Position numbers and translations under genes: made by a program. This document shows positions 62,452 through 64,000 of a stretch of 64,000 nt of DNA, piece by piece. A model generated the notes under the pieces. That model made no database searches and was not told the DNA's origin. It saw only the letters and a program-made list of their open reading frames with translations. How positions within the stretch are numbered: position 1 is the first letter of the stretch; each line of letters begins with the position of its first letter. The stretch spans positions 101,308,001 to 101,372,000 of the forward strand of contig OX597817.1 of the NCBI GenBank assembly GCA_951406725.2. Reading direction: 5' to 3'. This DNA is from Octopus vulgaris (Eukaryota).

Positions 62452-64000
62452 TTTTTGTTATCTTTTTTTTCTTCTTTCAAATTTGCTTCCATTTCTTGCC
62501 GAGTGTCTTCCCGACTCCTAGGGCAAAGAAATTCATCGTATACATTGGTCAGCCATTAAACTAAACTCACTAGTTCGTTCATTTTTTTTTAAAGTTAGAA
62601 TACATGGGTAGTAATAGTTCTCACATCGACAATGCTCTTCTCAATACGTGTGATGTACCAGTTAAGACAATCGTTTGCACATCTTGCAGGGATGGTAAGC
62701 CAGGGATCATTCTCATATAATTTTCGGTTCCCTTTTTGATCATTCCTAGTGCTCCTACGATCACTGGTATTGTAACCGCCTTGATATGCCACATTTTCTC
62801 AATTTTAATGAGCAAGTCTTTATATTTTCTGAGCTTGTCAAACTCTTTCGCCGAGATATTATGATCACAGGGGATACTCATGTCGATCAATAAGCAAACT
62901 TTATTGTTTTGGTCTTTCACAACAATATCTGGTTTATTGGCTTTGATGGTTCGGTCTGTATGTACTGGAAAGTCCCACAGAATCGTTACATTTTCTCCTT
63001 CAGTTACAGCTTCAGGGTGGTGATTATACCACTTGTCGGCAGTTTTGATATTGTAATGCCGACTTATTAGCCAGTGTAGATATTGGCCAACCCTGTCATG
63101 TCTTAATTTATACTCCACTGGTGCTAAGACTTTACATCCAGAGATTAGGTGGTCCACTGTTTCAATAATGTCGTTGCAGAATCGGCATTTTGGGTCTGCT
63201 CCAGTTTTCATCACATTGGCCTGGTAGTTCCGGGTTAATAGGTTTTGATCTTGAGCAGCCAGGATGAAACCTTCGCTCTCTGCTTTTAGCCCTGAGCTCC
63301 GTAGCCACTGATGGGTTTGCTTCTGGTCAACAACAGCTTGTTTGCTGCGGGCCACATATTTACCGTGCAGAGGTTTCTCCTCCCACCTATCAGCCAATTG
63401 CTCGTGCGCTTTTTTCGTTGCCATTATTTTCACCTTCTTTGCAACAATAGTTGCCGTACTTCCCTCGGGTTGTTCAGTTTGGGTATCCTGCACGTGATCA
63501 ATAGTAAATGTTTTGCTTTCCTTTATGATAGAATGAAGCTTCTTTCGTCTCTCGTGATTTTCCACGAGCTTTAGCATCCAGTCATTCGTTATTTCGATAT
63601 ATCTGGCCAGTCCAATTGCGGTTGTTTTGTAAGCTACTTCAAATTGGTTCAGGCCGCGACCTCCTTGGGCTCTGGGAAGGTAAAGGCGATCTACGTCTGC
63701 CTTTGGGTGGTGCATCCTATTACAACTCAGCAGCTTGCGTATTTTCCTATCTATATTCTTTACTTCACTCATTCCAGTTCAACACATTGTAGCTATAAGT
63801 AACAACTGGAACTGCTAAGGAATTTATAGCTAACACCTTGTTACGTGCATTCAGTTCAGATTTCAGGACTGCACGAACTCTCCTATAACATTCCTTCCTG
63901 ATCTTCTCTTTCATGCTTGCATGCTGAATACCAGAGCCTTCATTTATCCCTAAATATTTGTATGTTTGTTCTTGCTCAAGCTCTCTTATGACTGTGTCAA
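62452..64000 (-). mobile_element. R4/Dong LINE (another family) continuing beyond the window; ORF 62621-63772 with a frameshift just upstream
   Basis: HHPKADVDRLYLPRAQGGRGL, CRFCNDIIETVDHLISGC, RHD, NKPDIVV. The 3' end abuts (TAA)n. Confidence 0.92.

Overview
AT-rich, microsatellite-dense animal genomic DNA. The (TA)n/(TAA)n/(CATA)n load, the SINE types and the retroelement mix suggest a coleoid cephalopod, probably Octopus (inference, not verified). One host gene can be reconstructed: a 5-exon minus-strand gene (43981->33085, 458 aa) encoding a secreted protein with signal peptide, MIDAS-bearing VWA domain, Thr-rich linker and a degenerate second VWA-like domain. The rest is mostly transposable elements: several R4/Dong-clade RLE LINEs (one full length with a single frameshift), RTE fragments, a Penelope-like element, a decayed Gypsy, three mariner copies, a Tc1 and tRNA-derived SINEs. 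Notable structure: (i) head-to-tail arrays of Dong LINEs plus four copies of a 553-bp non-coding element, all inside (TAA)n tracts, with a shared 3' stem-loop; (ii) at least six hammerhead-ribozyme-like motifs, including a 463-bp foldback carrying two and a 560-bp retrozyme-like unit; (iii) an HDV-like ribozyme fold at the 5' end of a TAA-targeted LINE that may borrow its P1 strand from the microsatellite target. All RNA folds were paired by eye and are untested.
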